64,000 bases of DNA, taken from NCBI GenBank assembly GCA_003153505.1, contig PLZA01000074.1, positions 35,908-99,907 of the forward strand, given 5' to 3'. This document shows, piece after piece, positions 62,897 through 64,000 of this stretch. The DNA is from Candidatus Dormiibacterota bacterium (GTDB taxonomy: Bacteria > Chloroflexota > Dormibacteria > Aeolococcales > Aeolococcaceae). The first letter of the stretch is position 1; the number at the start of each line of letters is the position of its first letter. The notes under the pieces are model-generated. The model did no database searches. It was not told where the DNA came from and saw nothing but the letters and a program-made list of their open reading frames with translations. The position numbers and the translations under genes are program-made.

Positions 62897-64000
62897 CCAC
62901 GTCTCCGTCTGAGCGCGCCGAGTCCACCGGGGCAGGCCGGCGGTGCCAGGGGTCGAGTCGGCCTGCAACCAGGGCGCGGCGCACCGCGACCTCCCGGCCG
63001 GCGCCCCATCTCTGGGAGAGCCGATCGATACGAGCGTTGGTGTGGCTCGCGATCATCCTGGCGCTCATCTGGATCTTCGAAGGCGCCGCATTCATTCTCG
63101 TTCACATCTTCAATGTTCTGCTGCTGTTCGTTTTCGCAGGAATCGTTGCGCTCATCCTGACCCCGCTCGTGGACTGGATGGAACGTACGAGGCCGTTTCG
63201 TGGCCACCGACCAATCGCCGTGCTGTTGATCTACGCGGTCGGTATCGCGATCGTGGCGGGCGCGATCATGCTCGTGCTCTCGACCGTGATCGCGCAGGCG
63301 AAGGGCCTCCCGGCGTTGCTGCAAACGGTGGAGAATCAGCTGCGGCAGCATGGCATTTCGGTCTCGATCTCGTCGCTGATCAAGGCGGTCAATGGGCAGC
63401 AGCTCGGTGTGGCGCTCGGGGTGGCGGCGGCGTTCGTCTCCGGGCTGGTCAGCGTGGTGCTGGTGGTGGTCATCTCGATCTATCTGCTCATCGAGGGGCG
63501 TGCGGTCGTGGCGACGGCGCGCAACATCTTTCCGAACCGGCAGCGCGAGTTCGACTTTGCTGCGCTAGCGGTCGGATCGACAGTCGCGGCTTATGTGCGC
63601 GGACAGATCGTGATGTCCTCTGTCATCGGCTTGTACACGGGCGTGGCGCTGACGCTCGTCGGCGTCAAATACGCGATGCTGCTCGGGATTACCGCGTTCT
63701 TCCTCGAGTTCATTCCGATCGTCGGCGCCGTCGTGGCCATGACGCTCGCTGTAGCGGTCGCTCTGGTTCAGAGCCCGGTGCTCGCGCTGCTGGCCGCAGC
63801 CGGCGGCCTGGTCGGGCACGCGATAGACGCCTATCTGCTCGGCCCGCGCGTCTACGGGCGTGTCACACGCTTGCATGCGCTGGTCGCGATGGCGGCGCTC
63901 CTCGTCGGCGCTGAGCTTGCCGGGGTTCTTGGCGCGCTCTTCGCGGTCCCGGTCGCCGCCATCGCCAACATCGTCCTCGGGGCTCTGTATCGCGCTCGGC
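62893..64000 (+). CDS. AI-2E family (PerM/UPF0118) transporter, 3-prime partial
   Basis: The frame is not in the track because it is open to the window end: WLAIILALIWIFEG...FLEFIPIVGAVVAM...LGPRVYG. The candidate TTG 62893 overlaps the MerR stop (TTGA). The confident region starts at about 63037. Confidence 0.75.
   Translation, partial: MTTSPSERAESTGAGRRCQGSSRPATRARRTATSRPAPHLWESRSIRALVWLAIILALIWIFEGAAFILVHIFNVLLLFVFAGIVALILTPLVDWMERTRPFRGHRPIAVLLIYAVGIAIVAGAIMLVLSTVIAQAKGLPALLQTVENQLRQHGISVSISSLIKAVNGQQLGVALGVAAAFVSGLVSVVLVVVISIYLLIEGRAVVATARNIFPNRQREFDFAALAVGSTVAAYVRGQIVMSSVIGLYTGVALTLVGVKYAMLLGITAFFLEFIPIVGAVVAMTLAVAVALVQSPVLALLAAAGGLVGHAIDAYLLGPRVYGRVTRLHALVAMAALLVGAELAGVLGALFAVPVAAIANIVLGALYRAR

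Noticed and set aside
62943-63914. 323-aa track ORF
   Set aside because: It is the wrong frame of the AI-2E transporter region. The +1 frame gives a clean polytopic membrane protein (FLEFIPIVGAVVAM etc.) that is open to the window end and therefore absent from the track.
1-64000. Search by eye for CRISPR arrays, tRNA/rRNA genes, IS elements, integrases, toxin-antitoxin pairs and phage genes
   Set aside because: I found no regularly spaced repeats, tRNA-like T-arm/anticodon signatures, transposase or integrase-like translations, or terminal inverted repeats. Proper tools (tRNAscan-SE, Infernal, ISEScan, a CRISPR finder) would be needed for a definitive negative.

Overview
This is a high-G+C, actinobacterium-like chromosomal segment, judged by eye from codon bias and from the many arginine-rich shadow ORFs on the opposite strand. 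About 60 protein-coding genes can be supported. I recognised no rRNA, tRNA, CRISPR array, transposase, integrase or phage gene. I could run no searches, so every call rests on reading the translations and the DNA.

Gene content from left to right:
- a Hyi-like isomerase plus a beta-hydroxyacid dehydrogenase pair
- a disrupted DinB-family gene
- PEP carboxylase
- two convergent multi-domain aromatic amino acid genes: TyrA-PDT, and chorismate mutase-PDT-ACT-DAHP synthase
- an envelope/secreted block: a 36-aa membrane peptide, a phosphoesterase, a phospholipase D-family protein, a DUF3494 ice-binding-like protein and a secreted repeat protein
- a LuxR regulator and an aldo/keto reductase
- a circularly permuted ATP-grasp gene surrounded by three transglutaminase-like genes
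- an OB-fold protein and an MFS/TetR pair
- a glycerol/glycerolipid island: a glpC remnant, an IclR regulator, glpK, pgsA, plsY, dhaKL-ptsI, dhaM-HPr and a second IclR regulator
- an isochorismatase-like gene followed by methylaspartate ammonia-lyase
- a tightly coupled hydrogenase-maturation operon (hypF-SIS-hypC'-SIS-hypC-hypD-hypE) with no hypAB and no structural hydrogenase genes
- three ABC exporters: an asymmetric heterodimer pair and a 1300-aa fused full transporter
- a thioredoxin/HTH module next to a truncated EamA gene
- ArsR and NUDIX genes
- glgX-treY-treZ
- a multi-GAF histidine kinase
- an HspR-like MerR regulator coupled to an AI-2E transporter that runs off the 3-prime edge

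The best candidates for poorly described biology are:
1. the ATP-grasp/transglutaminase cluster, which lacks the usual alpha-E partner
2. the duplicated [SIS protein + HypC-family chaperone] module inside the hyp operon, including a leader ORF overlapping the hypF start
3. the two giant aromatic-pathway fusions
4. the orphan methylaspartate ammonia-lyase
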